64,000 nt of DNA from Candidatus Izemoplasmatales bacterium (GTDB taxonomy: Bacteria; Bacillota_I; Bacilli_A; Izemoplasmatales; Hujiaoplasmataceae). Below are positions 1 through 9,902 of this stretch, one piece after another. Both the position numbers and the translations under genes were made by a program. The notes under the pieces were generated by a model. That model was not told the origin of the DNA and made no database searches. It saw nothing but the letters and a program-made list of their open reading frames with translations. Positions within the stretch are counted from its first letter, which is position 1. The number at the start of each line of letters is the position of its first letter. The stretch is from the NCBI GenBank assembly GCA_050949045.1, contig JBMNEZ010000001.1, forward strand, positions 928,001-992,000, read 5' to 3'.

Positions 1-1701
1 AATCCGTTTGCTTTTGGCGACTTTGTAGAATTGGTCGACATAGTGTGCCGCTTCATCGAAGGTCAGCGGCTTGGAAAACAAATAGCCTTGGAAAATGTCG
101 GTGGCTATTTGTTTCAAATACTCGTACTGACGCCTTTTCTCGACGCCTTCGGCAACCACCTTGATATCGAGAGAATGAGCGAGTTGGATGATCATCGCGA
201 TAATCGCGTGATCCTTCTTAGGCCCGAAGATGCCGTCCACGAACGTTTTGTCGATTTTGAGATTGTCAAACGGAATCTGTTTGAGATATGTCAGCGAGGC
301 GTATCCGGTGCCAAAATCATCAAGAGCTATTTTTGCGCCGATCTTGTGGAGATAGTCGATCACTTCCTCGAGATAGATGGAAGAATCGATCAAAACCCCC
401 TCAGTGATCTCGAGAGCCAGGCAATTGGGATCGATCTCGGTCTCTCGGATGATGTCGCGAAGATTGAGAATGAAATCCTTCTGAAGCAATTGCACGGGAC
501 TGACGTTGATCGAAATGACGAATTGTTTGTCAAAGCGCTTTTTCAATTCCACTTGCGCTTGGCAGGCTTCTCTTAGAATCCAATTGCCGATTGGGACGAT
601 GAGATGGGATTCCTCGGCGTTAGCGACGAACACCTGGGGGCTGATCTCACCAAACGTCGGTGATTTCCAACGGACGAGTGCTTCGAAGCCGTAGATTTCG
701 TTCTTGTTGTCGATGAGCGGCTGATATTTAAGATAGAGTTGTTGGTTCTTGACGGCCAGAGCGAGTTGCTCGGAAATCTGTTGCCTGTAGTTGACATCGC
801 GGGTCAGCTGCTCATTGTAGAAAGCGTATTTTCCCAAACCCGATTCCCTTGCTTTGAAGAGGGCGGTGTCGCATTTCTTGATCAGGGTAGCGATGTCCTT
901 GCCGTCGGACGGATAGATTGAGATCCCGATATTAAGATGAACTTCGACTTTGAAATTCTTGATGTCGATCGGGCTGTTGAAGAGATCAAGCAGTTTGGTG
1001 ACGCTCGTTTCGACCCGTTCCAATGAGCGAAAACCCTGGATCAAGAAGACGATTTCGTTTGGCGAATGACTGTAGATATGATCATTGTTTCCGATACAAG
1101 CGGAAATCTTGTCGGCGAAATTCTGCATCAATTCTTCGACGACCATCTGGCCCTTGGTGACGCCTATCGATTTCAAATTGTTAATTTCTATCAGGCAGAG
1201 CGCGATCTTATCATTCTGCTTGAAAAGAGTGTCATCGATCTCCTGTGCGCTTGTCTTAAAGTTTTTGAGTCCCGTCAGCGAGTCAAATGCGAAACACTCG
1301 TAGACGAGTTGGACCTGCTTGCTTATTTCCTGCGACATCTGATTGACGGCGTCGCCGATCACTTTCAATTCATTGTTTTCCTGCAAGCTGAGCTGGATAT
1401 CATAGTTGCCTTTTTTGATCTCCTCGATCGCACTTACGATATCGTCGATCGGCGCAAACAGCTCATCGATCTTTTTGGTGAGGATCAAAGCGACGACGAC
1501 CATGAACAGGGCGATGACGCCAAGAAAGACCAGAAAGAGGATCTCGATGCCGATCGGTAGATCGGCTTCAAGCCGATCCATATAGATGAAAGCGAGTACG
1601 CCCATCACCAAAATCAAAAAGAAGGCATCAAGAAAAATGGTCGTTACGACAATGTTTTGGGATATCCTAAATATTTTTTTGTTAGTCTTGGTGCTCTTCA
1701 A
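1..1701 (-). CDS. Membrane c-di-GMP phosphodiesterase: 2 TM + HAMP + degenerate GGDEF + intact EAL (3' end runs off window)
   Basis: Absent from the ORF track (no stop in window). Manual translation from TTG at 1701 (RBS GGAAGGTG): two hydrophobic helices, HAMP-like PIDDIVSAIEEIKKGNYD, DSLTGLKN, GGDEF site replaced by SHSPNEI, then GFEALVRW, DDFGTGYASL and QGYLFSKPL. Confidence 0.93.
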   Translation of the reverse strand, partial: MKSTKTNKKIFRISQNIVVTTIFLDAFFLILVMGVLAFIYMDRLEADLPIGIEILFLVFLGVIALFMVVVALILTKKIDELFAPIDDIVSAIEEIKKGNYDIQLSLQENNELKVIGDAVNQMSQEISKQVQLVYECFAFDSLTGLKNFKTSAQEIDDTLFKQNDKIALCLIEINNLKSIGVTKGQMVVEELMQNFADKISACIGNNDHIYSHSPNEIVFLIQGFRSLERVETSVTKLLDLFNSPIDIKNFKVEVHLNIGISIYPSDGKDIATLIKKCDTALFKARESGLGKYAFYNEQLTRDVNYRQQISEQLALAVKNQQLYLKYQPLIDNKNEIYGFEALVRWKSPTFGEISPQVFVANAEESHLIVPIGNWILREACQAQVELKKRFDKQFVISINVSPVQLLQKDFILNLRDIIRETEIDPNCLALEITEGVLIDSSIYLEEVIDYLHKIGAKIALDDFGTGYASLTYLKQIPFDNLKIDKTFVDGIFGPKKDHAIIAMIIQLAHSLDIKVVAEGVEKRRQYEYLKQIATDIFQGYLFSKPLTFDEAAHYVDQFYKVAKSKRI

Positions 1702-1717
1702 GCACGATCACCTTCCA

Positions 1718-4700
1718 TTAATCATTATCCCCCCAAGAACGGAAAAAGTCAAAGAGTCCCCAAGGCTTATCGGTATCAACGGAATCGAGCTCGCGGATAT
1801 AGACATTGAAGCGGCGGGAACGGTTCTTCGTCGAAGGCCCGATATAGAAGTACTTCCCCTTTAAACCTTCAATATAGTCGGAAGCATCATAAAGTGTGTA
1901 TTCATTGAAGATGATTTCAAACTCATACAAATCATGAAAATACCGATCAACCGGCAAGTCAATGTTGAAAACAAAGAAACCGCTTCTATTTCTGGCAAAA
2001 CTGTAATAATACTCAGCCGGATGTGTGTAATACATCTGGGTTGTGATGCTGATCATATGGTCGATTTCGTCAAAATCGGGATAATTCTCCGGATTGGTGA
2101 CATTGACGACGGTGTCGTTGGCCGGTTCGCCCTCTAACAACATCTGATAGTTCTTGACGGTGATGACGACTGTCTTGTCATTGAAGCCGCTGTCCTCGGC
2201 CGATGCCAGTTCGCAGATCTCAGGATCGCCGGTACAATAATAGATGTCGAAGATGAAGGTGGCGTTGAATTCGACGTCGGTGACGGTGATGAAATAATAC
2301 ACCATGTTTTCACCATTCTCGGCTGTGACCCTATAAAGGATCATCACTTCTTCGTTTTCTCCCGGTTCGAGTCCGGTATCGGGGAAAACAGTGAAGTTTG
2401 CCAAAAGAACGCTTTCCTCTTCGTAAGACGCTCCGTATGCCACTTCATTTGTCCAGTACCATTCTCCTTCGGCATAGTCGTAGGCGTAACGGGCAATAGT
2501 CGCTCCATACGGTAAATAATCTAACATGAACGGCGCGTATTGTTCAAGAGGAACCTTGGAAACTTTTCCGGCAACCTTAAAGTATTGATATCCTGCCGTA
2601 TCGGCGCCGGCATAGTCGATGCCGGCAAAATAGACAGCCGGATAATAATCTGTATTCACTACCCCTTGTGAATTGGCCGTATACATGTCGGGATAGCTGG
2701 TCTCAAACGCCCACTGCGAGAATCTGATGTCGGTCAGATAGGCGCTGACACCTTCCGCTTTTACGATTTCAACGGTTGTCGCCAAAGTCACATAGTTGGC
2801 TGTCCCGTCGCGATAAAAGTAAAATTGGAAAGTGTAATAGCCAGGAAGCGTGTCAAAACCTATATAGATATTGAGCAAGTCATCGACATCATAGGTGATG
2901 CCAACGATATCATCGGGGTCATAAGGGGTTTCTTGAAGGTCGGTCGCACTCACATCGATCGTGAAATAAGATTCGCTTCCCTCGGTCAGGTTGTAAAGAT
3001 CAAGGGCTTGATCGAGGCCGAGATCGAGGGTGAACGTCGTGAGGCTGTCCTCGCGGTTGACGTACAGATCTTCGGGATTGGTCTCATTGCCGTTTAAGAG
3101 AGCCGAAACAAAGTCGATTTCCCGCTCATAAACATGATGCGTATAGGTGACGGTTGACGAATCTTCAGCTTTCACAACATATTCGATTGTGTAATCTTTG
3201 TAGCCGTTTGTATAGGTAGTGCTTATCAGTTGAGCCCTCGTTATCTCGGCGAACGGGCTGATTTTAAATGATCCAGCGGTCATAAAACTGATGTCATATG
3301 TCTTCTTGGACCGATATGATGGCAGAGAGCCATCGACATTCTCGGTGAAATTGTTGGTGGATGTATCGATATTCAGTACATAGCCAAGATTGATATTTGA
3401 AGAGATGGCCTGACCATTGATCAATTTCGATTGGAGAATGGAGTAATGGCTGAAATCAAGGATCGCTTTGGCCGTTGAGGCGGCTTTGTCGAAATAAATA
3501 GTATTGACCGCCGATGATGGAAAGAAGCGATATTCAAAATAGTAGTCGCCCTTGATAATATTGCCTAAGAAAGTAAACGTGACGGCGTACGTCCCAGTGC
3601 CGGCATCAATAACGGTCGGCTCGCTTGACACTATGTAGTAATCCGACGCTACCGTCGTGTGGTCAGAGTATTTGAGCACAAAAGAATTTTTGAAATCATA
3701 GCCCTCGGTGAAAACGCCGTTGGTGTCGGTGAAGACAAGCCTCAGCGATCCCGATGACTCGACATCGCCAAAACTTCTGATGTCGGTGGGGCTCGAAGAT
3801 ATGTCGATGAGACCGCCGCCGTTGAGATTGGCTCCGGTCAACGCAGTCGATCCGCTGGAATGCTCGATTCCCGGAGTAAAAGTTATATACACATGATAAT
3901 CATTGTAATACTGCGGATGAGCGAACAGATTGTTTTTAACGAAAGCTTCCGAGTATACGGTGAAATACCCCAGACTGAGCGTGACCTCGGAAGTGATCGT
4001 TTTTGCGGGCAAGGTAACTTCAAGATCGGCTGGATAATCCAGGGATATTCCCGATTCTCCTGCACTGTTGAGAAGTGCGCGAAACGCTTCGATTTCTGCC
4101 TGCGACGGAGAGTGACCGTAATAATCATAAGCCCTGATGGCGATGAGCGCGCAGGCAGAAGTAAAGGCGCTAGCGACCTCATATGAAGCGGTTGTTTGCC
4201 CAGCAAGAAAAGCCTCCATCGAAATCGTGAAAGTCAGGGTCTTGTTTATATAGTCGATATCGACAGCGCTCAAAACGGTAGAACTGCCACCAACTTCCTT
4301 CAAAACGACATCCACCGAATCCGAGGGAATCAACTCGGCTTTGTCATTAAAAACAGTTTGACGCAAAAGATCATACCGGGAAACAAAGTCCGCTGAAAAA
4401 TCTGAGAGATATAATGGCGAGACCGTGTCGTAATCTAATAGAAGCGAGATATCGCCCGGATAATCTTCATTGATCGGCTTCATCAAGCCGGTATTGATGT
4501 TCGCCGGCAGAACCGATCCGTATGTTGAACCGGCTGTTGTCGAAAGAACGTACATTCCATATGGGCGAACTGAAGTGAACTGAGGTGCGAGCAAATTGTT
4601 TTCCATATAGTAGATATATTTTTGAAGAATGGGGTTCGTACGCATCGGAAAATCGGGATCATATATGTATTCGTTATCGATATCTGTAATATTGGGATCG

Positions 4701-7700
4701 CTTGGATTTTCGGTAATCCAATTGACTTCAATACCGGTATTGTACCGATACGTGTAACTGTTGGTGTTAAGCCTTTGCGAAGATGTGAACACATACCCTG
4801 GGGTATTTGGGCTGCTCACAAGTTCTGATTCGACTCCGACTTGTTTGTAGATACTTACGATTGTGGCCGTATATGTGTATACCCCCCAGCTACTGGTTCG
4901 ATTCGTTATCCTTAAATAATAATAGTAGAATCCGGTAAATACCATCTGCGTTGTATCATTGAATCTGGCTGAATAATAAATAGCATCATAAAATTGGAAA
5001 TATCTCGCCGAGTTGGTGAAAGCATAGTCTTGGTCCAGCCTGCCGACCAGATCAATGTTCGGATTGGCGTTCACGATAAAGTTAAAACTGCCTCCTTCAG
5101 TGGACATGATGCCTCTGACGCCGCGCTGCAGACGACCGAAAATTCCGCCAAAACCACGTTTGGTGCTCGGAAAATCGGTTCCGTAGCTCGATGGAAAGAT
5201 CGTCGTGTTTCCATCGGGGAGGAAATAATCAGATACATCGTCAAAGGATAATTCATATTTATCGATTGACGAATAGGAAGAAACCGAGATGGCTTTGATG
5301 TCGCCGTAGTTGATAGCCGTGTTGATATCGACTACGGTTGTAAGCGTATTTGCATCGCCTTCGACATAAGTTGCCCCGACGATGCCTCCGGCAACATCGG
5401 TTCCGGAAATCGTCCCGTGATTCAACATATTCTTCATCGTCGACAAACCGTAGCCGACGACACCGCCGGAGGCTGCATAGACACCAGGACGGTCGTTTGA
5501 GCCCACGGTGGTATTTGGATAAACGGAAATCCCGGTAGTTCCTCCCAGTACAGTTCCCGGCCCATAGCGAAGCGTCGAAATAGAAGTGTTATAAGATGTG
5601 GTGCTATATGAGCCGACATTATTGGATATGGCGGAGACATTGCCAAAATTCATGCCGTTGAGCAAAACCGAATCGCTGACAGATGTGGTCAGTCCATGTG
5701 TTTCCGAGCTAATGCCTCCAGCATATGCTTCGGCATAGAGGCTGACGGCGATGATGCCTCCCGCCCTCACGTAACGATAACCCAAAGCCACGATATCGCC
5801 TCTGTTGGCCGTATCGTAAACTCTGGCGTCTCCCGTCAACGTGATCGCGACTATTCCCCCAACAGTGACACCGTGAGTATAATCGGAAACCCTGTTTGCG
5901 GTGTAACTCCCGCTTGAAAAAGTTAAAGTCGCGGAAGTTGAAGAATTGTAGGCTCGGAGATCTCCGAGATTCGCGCTATCTTGAATCGAGCCGGAATTCA
6001 TCGTTGCGATGCCGCCCATGAATGTGTTGCTGCGGTTGCGGATCCCCAAACGCGATGAAGAATAAGAGGTCGTAATTTCACCGTAGTTAATCGAATTGAT
6101 GATTCCGGTTGTTGCTCTAGGCTGCGTCGGCGATTGCCCGGGATTATGTAAATCGCCAGAATAGTTGCCGTTGACAAGGCCGCCAATATAGATATTGGGA
6201 TAACCGCTGGTAGATGAATTGATGTAGGCAACCGTTATTTTCCCCTTATTGATGGAATTTTTGATTGCCTTGCCACTGTTGACATTTGTCATCAATCCCG
6301 CGACCGACATCGTATAGGTCGCAACGTTGACATTGACAACCGTGATGTCGCCTTCATTGATGACGTTTTGCATGCTGACATTGGCACTGGTTGTGATACC
6401 GGCCAGATACATGTGGGTCGTCATCGTTATTGTTGAGTCGCCCGAGTTAGAAAGAAAAGATATCGATCCATAGTTGGTGCTGTAACGAATCAGGGTGTCA
6501 TTATCATTGACCGAGTGGTAAAAAGGGGATACATCGGCGTAACAGGCATTGTCATAGATGAAATCAGCGTAATTATAAACCCTGGAAAGCGTGATGTCAG
6601 AACCCCCGACATCGGATATGGTCGCTGTAAAGTGAAAGTGCTGACTGGCGGCGGTGGCTCCCGTCGTATCATAGTCAAAGTTGCCGTGGTTGAACATCAA
6701 TGCGTATTCGACTGCTTCGGTTGTATTTGTCGTCCCGATACCTGCGGCGCGAATAGGAGCTGTATTCTGCGAGCAGGCCGAATGCACCGACCCGCTGTTA
6801 TAGAAATTGGCGAAAGCATATTCAGCGTTTGCTTCGATGATCGGAGCCAGGCCCGTCAACTCACCAAAGATCCCGCCAACTCTTTGTCTCGAGGGCAATG
6901 TGGGGCTTGAAGCGCTATAAATGACATCATCTAGATAAATGTCGCCGGTATTGGTGATGTTGGTGAATTCATGGATTGAGCTTGTTTGATTGTAGATGTA
7001 GCCGATGACACCGCCGATCTTGACATCGATCATCGTGGCTCCGGTCGCTAAAGAAAACGACGAAGCGGTGCCGAAACCGTAGATATCTCCATGGTTGACA
7101 ACATCATCAACACTCAGTTTCAACGTTGTCGCGCTACCGATTATGCCACCGATATAATAATAAGGCTTGATGTTGTACTCCGATTGAAATACATGATCTC
7201 CGGCATCAATGGAACCGCTTGATGCAATTCTTTCGATCGTTCCCGATGCCAGTCCCACCAGGCTTCCAACATGCGTTTCACCGATCGCATCATTTCCAAG
7301 ATCAATGTCGATATCGAGCAAAACATCGGTGATCGAACCCGCTGTCAGCCTTCCTGAGACCATACCGATATAAAATGTACTGCTATAGTAGGACTCAGTG
7401 TCAGTCAGCGTGATCTCCGAATTAAAAATATTAAGGTTGTTGACCGAACTGTTTGCGCCCAAAATCGAGAATAGGCCTGCATAATATATATTGCCTCGCA
7501 ATGTTCCCTTATTGATCACAAGGTTATGAATATAGAAATTGTCGCTGAGATCCTCTCCCTCGGGATTCAATCCAGACAAAGAGCCATAAAAAGTCACACC
7601 AGGAGTCAGATAAGCTCCGGGAGCGAGAACTCCCATATCAATGTTATTGCCTAGAACATAATCTGAATAAGCGTAGGCGTTGCCGTTGGCAACGCTTTGA

Positions 7701-9010
7701 AACCCGATCAGTTTTGAGAAAAAGACCAAATCGACGGCGGTTTCGATATAGTAGACTTCATTCTCGGCATCATAATCGAGCCCTTCCGCTAGCGGATAGA
7801 CATCGCTGGGATAGAAATACCAGTGGTTGGTTTCCTGGTTTAATACCGACGAAGTTGATTTCAAAGTGGCAGTCGCCTCGCCGGTGGCGTAGGCATTCGG
7901 AGTCGCAATGGGAAAACTTTGGACTCCGACTTGGACTTGCAAGAGATATCTGTCGCTGTCATAAACCAGATTGGCAATCGATCCGGTGTTGGTGTAGAGA
8001 ACCGGCTGGGCGGCGATTTTGTTCACATAGGCCCCATTGACGACAACCTTGGACACATAATAGGAGTTCGAGAAATTGCCGCTGTTTGTATGGATCATCC
8101 CGGCCGCATGAAAAGAGGCGCTGGAGGTTCCGACATTGTAACGGATCCCCGCCTCCATCACTGATTCCCGGTTATCGATAACATAGACGTGGTCGACGGT
8201 ACCCTGGTTTTCGCCAACCAGATTGGCGACTTTGTTGATATTGAAGTGCAACATCAACAACTCGAGCGTTGGATTAATCAGTCCGAGATTCTTGATGACA
8301 CCTTTATTGATGGAAAACATCGAGTAGTAAGGACTATTGGCAACATCAATGATGCTATCGTCTTTTTCCTCCTCATGGACCAGTTTGTCATAGTCGGCGA
8401 GATAAAGATTGCTGATATGAAAGCCTTGGCCGTCAAAGGAGCCGTCAAACAGATTCTCATGAATAATATCGCTGGCATCATAGAAAGAGTAGCCGATTGG
8501 TATGAACCTTTTGGACCCGACGACAGAATAGTCGATGTTGTTTCCGAGGACATAGTCAAGCCCTAAAAGAAAATTGATTTTGTCAGGAGGCAATTTGTAA
8601 TTCTCATTTGGATCCCCTGACAAATAGATCTGGTCATAAGACACATCAAGAGAGAAGCGGTACAATTCCTCGGCCGTGTCAAAGCGGATGATCTTGTCGT
8701 TATCGCCGCCGACACCGTCGGCACCGTAAACGGCTTCTGTCCATGCCTCGAGAGTCGATGTGTATTTGCAATAGGTGTTGCGAAGATCAGTATAGGAGAG
8801 GTAACTGGATGAACTTCCGGGGTCAGAGAGCGGCTTTTCCCAATCATAGGTGCCGTCGAACTCAACCAAATCATCAAAATGATTGTCAATTGGGCCGATC
8901 GCCTCGGCCTCCTTGACGTAATAAGACATCAGCGAAAAGGACATGATTGAGAGAATCATGACAGTCAGTATCCGCTTACTGATGAGCCTTTTAAACAGTT
9001 GTTTGTTCAT
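1718..9010 (-). CDS. Giant (~2430 aa) secreted adhesin-like protein with GLUG-type beta-helical repeats and C-terminal Ig/cadherin-like domains
   Basis: Start moved to ATG 9010 (RBS AAGGAGG). Signal peptide ending AEA; two copies of an I.TA..L..FS...YVLGNNID cap; many GG(I/V)(I/V/F)G and N.G.I repeats; YVVKAEDS and YRVTAENG motifs near the C-terminus. Confidence 0.8.
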   Translation of the reverse strand: MNKQLFKRLISKRILTVMILSIMSFSLMSYYVKEAEAIGPIDNHFDDLVEFDGTYDWEKPLSDPGSSSSYLSYTDLRNTYCKYTSTLEAWTEAVYGADGVGGDNDKIIRFDTAEELYRFSLDVSYDQIYLSGDPNENYKLPPDKINFLLGLDYVLGNNIDYSVVGSKRFIPIGYSFYDASDIIHENLFDGSFDGQGFHISNLYLADYDKLVHEEEKDDSIIDVANSPYYSMFSINKGVIKNLGLINPTLELLMLHFNINKVANLVGENQGTVDHVYVIDNRESVMEAGIRYNVGTSSASFHAAGMIHTNSGNFSNSYYVSKVVVNGAYVNKIAAQPVLYTNTGSIANLVYDSDRYLLQVQVGVQSFPIATPNAYATGEATATLKSTSSVLNQETNHWYFYPSDVYPLAEGLDYDAENEVYYIETAVDLVFFSKLIGFQSVANGNAYAYSDYVLGNNIDMGVLAPGAYLTPGVTFYGSLSGLNPEGEDLSDNFYIHNLVINKGTLRGNIYYAGLFSILGANSSVNNLNIFNSEITLTDTESYYSSTFYIGMVSGRLTAGSITDVLLDIDIDLGNDAIGETHVGSLVGLASGTIERIASSGSIDAGDHVFQSEYNIKPYYYIGGIIGSATTLKLSVDDVVNHGDIYGFGTASSFSLATGATMIDVKIGGVIGYIYNQTSSIHEFTNITNTGDIYLDDVIYSASSPTLPSRQRVGGIFGELTGLAPIIEANAEYAFANFYNSGSVHSACSQNTAPIRAAGIGTTNTTEAVEYALMFNHGNFDYDTTGATAASQHFHFTATISDVGGSDITLSRVYNYADFIYDNACYADVSPFYHSVNDNDTLIRYSTNYGSISFLSNSGDSTITMTTHMYLAGITTSANVSMQNVINEGDITVVNVNVATYTMSVAGLMTNVNSGKAIKNSINKGKITVAYINSSTSGYPNIYIGGLVNGNYSGDLHNPGQSPTQPRATTGIINSINYGEITTSYSSSRLGIRNRSNTFMGGIATMNSGSIQDSANLGDLRAYNSSTSATLTFSSGSYTANRVSDYTHGVTVGGIVAITLTGDARVYDTANRGDIVALGYRYVRAGGIIAVSLYAEAYAGGISSETHGLTTSVSDSVLLNGMNFGNVSAISNNVGSYSTTSYNTSISTLRYGPGTVLGGTTGISVYPNTTVGSNDRPGVYAASGGVVGYGLSTMKNMLNHGTISGTDVAGGIVGATYVEGDANTLTTVVDINTAINYGDIKAISVSSYSSIDKYELSFDDVSDYFLPDGNTTIFPSSYGTDFPSTKRGFGGIFGRLQRGVRGIMSTEGGSFNFIVNANPNIDLVGRLDQDYAFTNSARYFQFYDAIYYSARFNDTTQMVFTGFYYYYLRITNRTSSWGVYTYTATIVSIYKQVGVESELVSSPNTPGYVFTSSQRLNTNSYTYRYNTGIEVNWITENPSDPNITDIDNEYIYDPDFPMRTNPILQKYIYYMENNLLAPQFTSVRPYGMYVLSTTAGSTYGSVLPANINTGLMKPINEDYPGDISLLLDYDTVSPLYLSDFSADFVSRYDLLRQTVFNDKAELIPSDSVDVVLKEVGGSSTVLSAVDIDYINKTLTFTISMEAFLAGQTTASYEVASAFTSACALIAIRAYDYYGHSPSQAEIEAFRALLNSAGESGISLDYPADLEVTLPAKTITSEVTLSLGYFTVYSEAFVKNNLFAHPQYYNDYHVYITFTPGIEHSSGSTALTGANLNGGGLIDISSSPTDIRSFGDVESSGSLRLVFTDTNGVFTEGYDFKNSFVLKYSDHTTVASDYYIVSSEPTVIDAGTGTYAVTFTFLGNIIKGDYYFEYRFFPSSAVNTIYFDKAASTAKAILDFSHYSILQSKLINGQAISSNINLGYVLNIDTSTNNFTENVDGSLPSYRSKKTYDISFMTAGSFKISPFAEITRAQLISTTYTNGYKDYTIEYVVKAEDSSTVTYTHHVYEREIDFVSALLNGNETNPEDLYVNREDSLTTFTLDLGLDQALDLYNLTEGSESYFTIDVSATDLQETPYDPDDIVGITYDVDDLLNIYIGFDTLPGYYTFQFYFYRDGTANYVTLATTVEIVKAEGVSAYLTDIRFSQWAFETSYPDMYTANSQGVVNTDYYPAVYFAGIDYAGADTAGYQYFKVAGKVSKVPLEQYAPFMLDYLPYGATIARYAYDYAEGEWYWTNEVAYGASYEEESVLLANFTVFPDTGLEPGENEEVMILYRVTAENGENMVYYFITVTDVEFNATFIFDIYYCTGDPEICELASAEDSGFNDKTVVITVKNYQMLLEGEPANDTVVNVTNPENYPDFDEIDHMISITTQMYYTHPAEYYYSFARNRSGFFVFNIDLPVDRYFHDLYEFEIIFNEYTLYDASDYIEGLKGKYFYIGPSTKNRSRRFNVYIRELDSVDTDKPWGLFDFFRSWGDND

Positions 9011-9023
9011 CCGCATTTCCTCC

Positions 9024-9722
9024 TTACCAAGAGGTTCCCCACGGGGTTTCACTCATTCCCCAGATTTTTTCCGGCCCTTCAATAGCTTGAACGGCCTCAA
9101 TCTGGAAAGTCATTTGAAGTGAATACCCCGGAGAGTAGTTGGCAAAGTTCTGATCAGAAAAATATGATTCTATCAGCCAAATCTCGAGCGGATCGTCAAC
9201 TCCCTCGCGTTCAACGGGACTTTTATAATACAAATAGTTGTCGATTTCTCGATTATCATGCCAGTTATTGAGATCATAGTTAAAAGGCATGAATCCATCG
9301 ATCAAGACCGAGAGTTCGGTGATAGAATTATCATAGTTAATATAGGTGAGTGTCAATTGTTCATAGAGTTTAATCCGTAGATAGGTGCCGACATTGCTCG
9401 AGACCTCGATCTTCAAACGGAAATCCTCAAAGTAGTTGGAGCTGATGCCGCTGACAATGTTAATTTCGTAGACACCTGGCTTATAGACTCCCGATTCAAC
9501 TTCTACTCTTGACTCGAGGATTTCATTTGCTGGGACAAGTTCCCCCTCATCATTTTCAAAATAGACGAGCAGATCGACATCGACGAAGCCGACCTCGGCA
9601 TTGATCCATTTTTCATATTTCCCGGTAAACCAGGCGTAGCTTGAAAAGACGAAAAGGGCGATCGAAATCACCAGCAGCGACAATGAGAAGACGAGTTTTC
9701 TCTTTAGCGCTTTTTCCTCCAA
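9024..9722 (-). CDS. SipW-cognate signal peptide protein (TasA/camelysin-like fibre or pilin subunit)
   Basis: Basic N-region, hydrophobic helix, then SSYAWFT (SipW-class cleavage motif); C-terminal FQIEAVQA strand typical of the family. Likely TTG start at 9722 behind AAAGGAG (ORF track uses GTG 9731). Confidence 0.75.
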   Translation of the reverse strand: MEEKALKRKLVFSLSLLVISIALFVFSSYAWFTGKYEKWINAEVGFVDVDLLVYFENDEGELVPANEILESRVEVESGVYKPGVYEINIVSGISSNYFEDFRLKIEVSSNVGTYLRIKLYEQLTLTYINYDNSITELSVLIDGFMPFNYDLNNWHDNREIDNYLYYKSPVEREGVDDPLEIWLIESYFSDQNFANYSPGYSLQMTFQIEAVQAIEGPEKIWGMSETPWGTSW

Positions 9723-9796
9723 TTTTGCCACTCCTTTGGGATTAAAAAAGCCATTGTCACACGGATGACGTCTTTAATATTTCCAGCCCTGGAAAT

Positions 9797-9826
9797 AAAA
9801 AAACGCCCTCGTCCTAAAGACAACGG
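9797..9826 (-). terminator. Intrinsic terminator forming the riboswitch expression platform
   Basis: GCCGTTGTCTTTAGGACGAGGGC hairpin followed by GTTTTTTT on the minus strand; its 5' arm overlaps the aptamer 3' end. Confidence 0.8.
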
Positions 9827-9900
9827 CAACTGGCTGCCATCTTATCGAAGGCCCTATAACTTTGCGTCACTAACTTTCGCTAGCTTTGCTATTTACGCGC
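9822..9900 (-). ncRNA. GEMM-I (c-di-GMP-I family) riboswitch, A20 variant
   Basis: Minus strand reads AAATA-GCAAA-GCTAGC-GAAA-GTTAGT-GACGCAAAG-TTATAGGGCCTT...ATGGCAGCCAGTTGCCG, matching GEMM-I P2 with GAAA tetraloop, the GACGCAAA junction and P3. Confidence 0.92.
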
Positions 9901-9902
9901 TT

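Noticed and set aside
31..1864. Plus-strand ORFs (31-576, 1066-1560, 1586-1864 and others)
   Set aside because: Antisense shadows of the minus-strand EAL gene and the end of the giant gene
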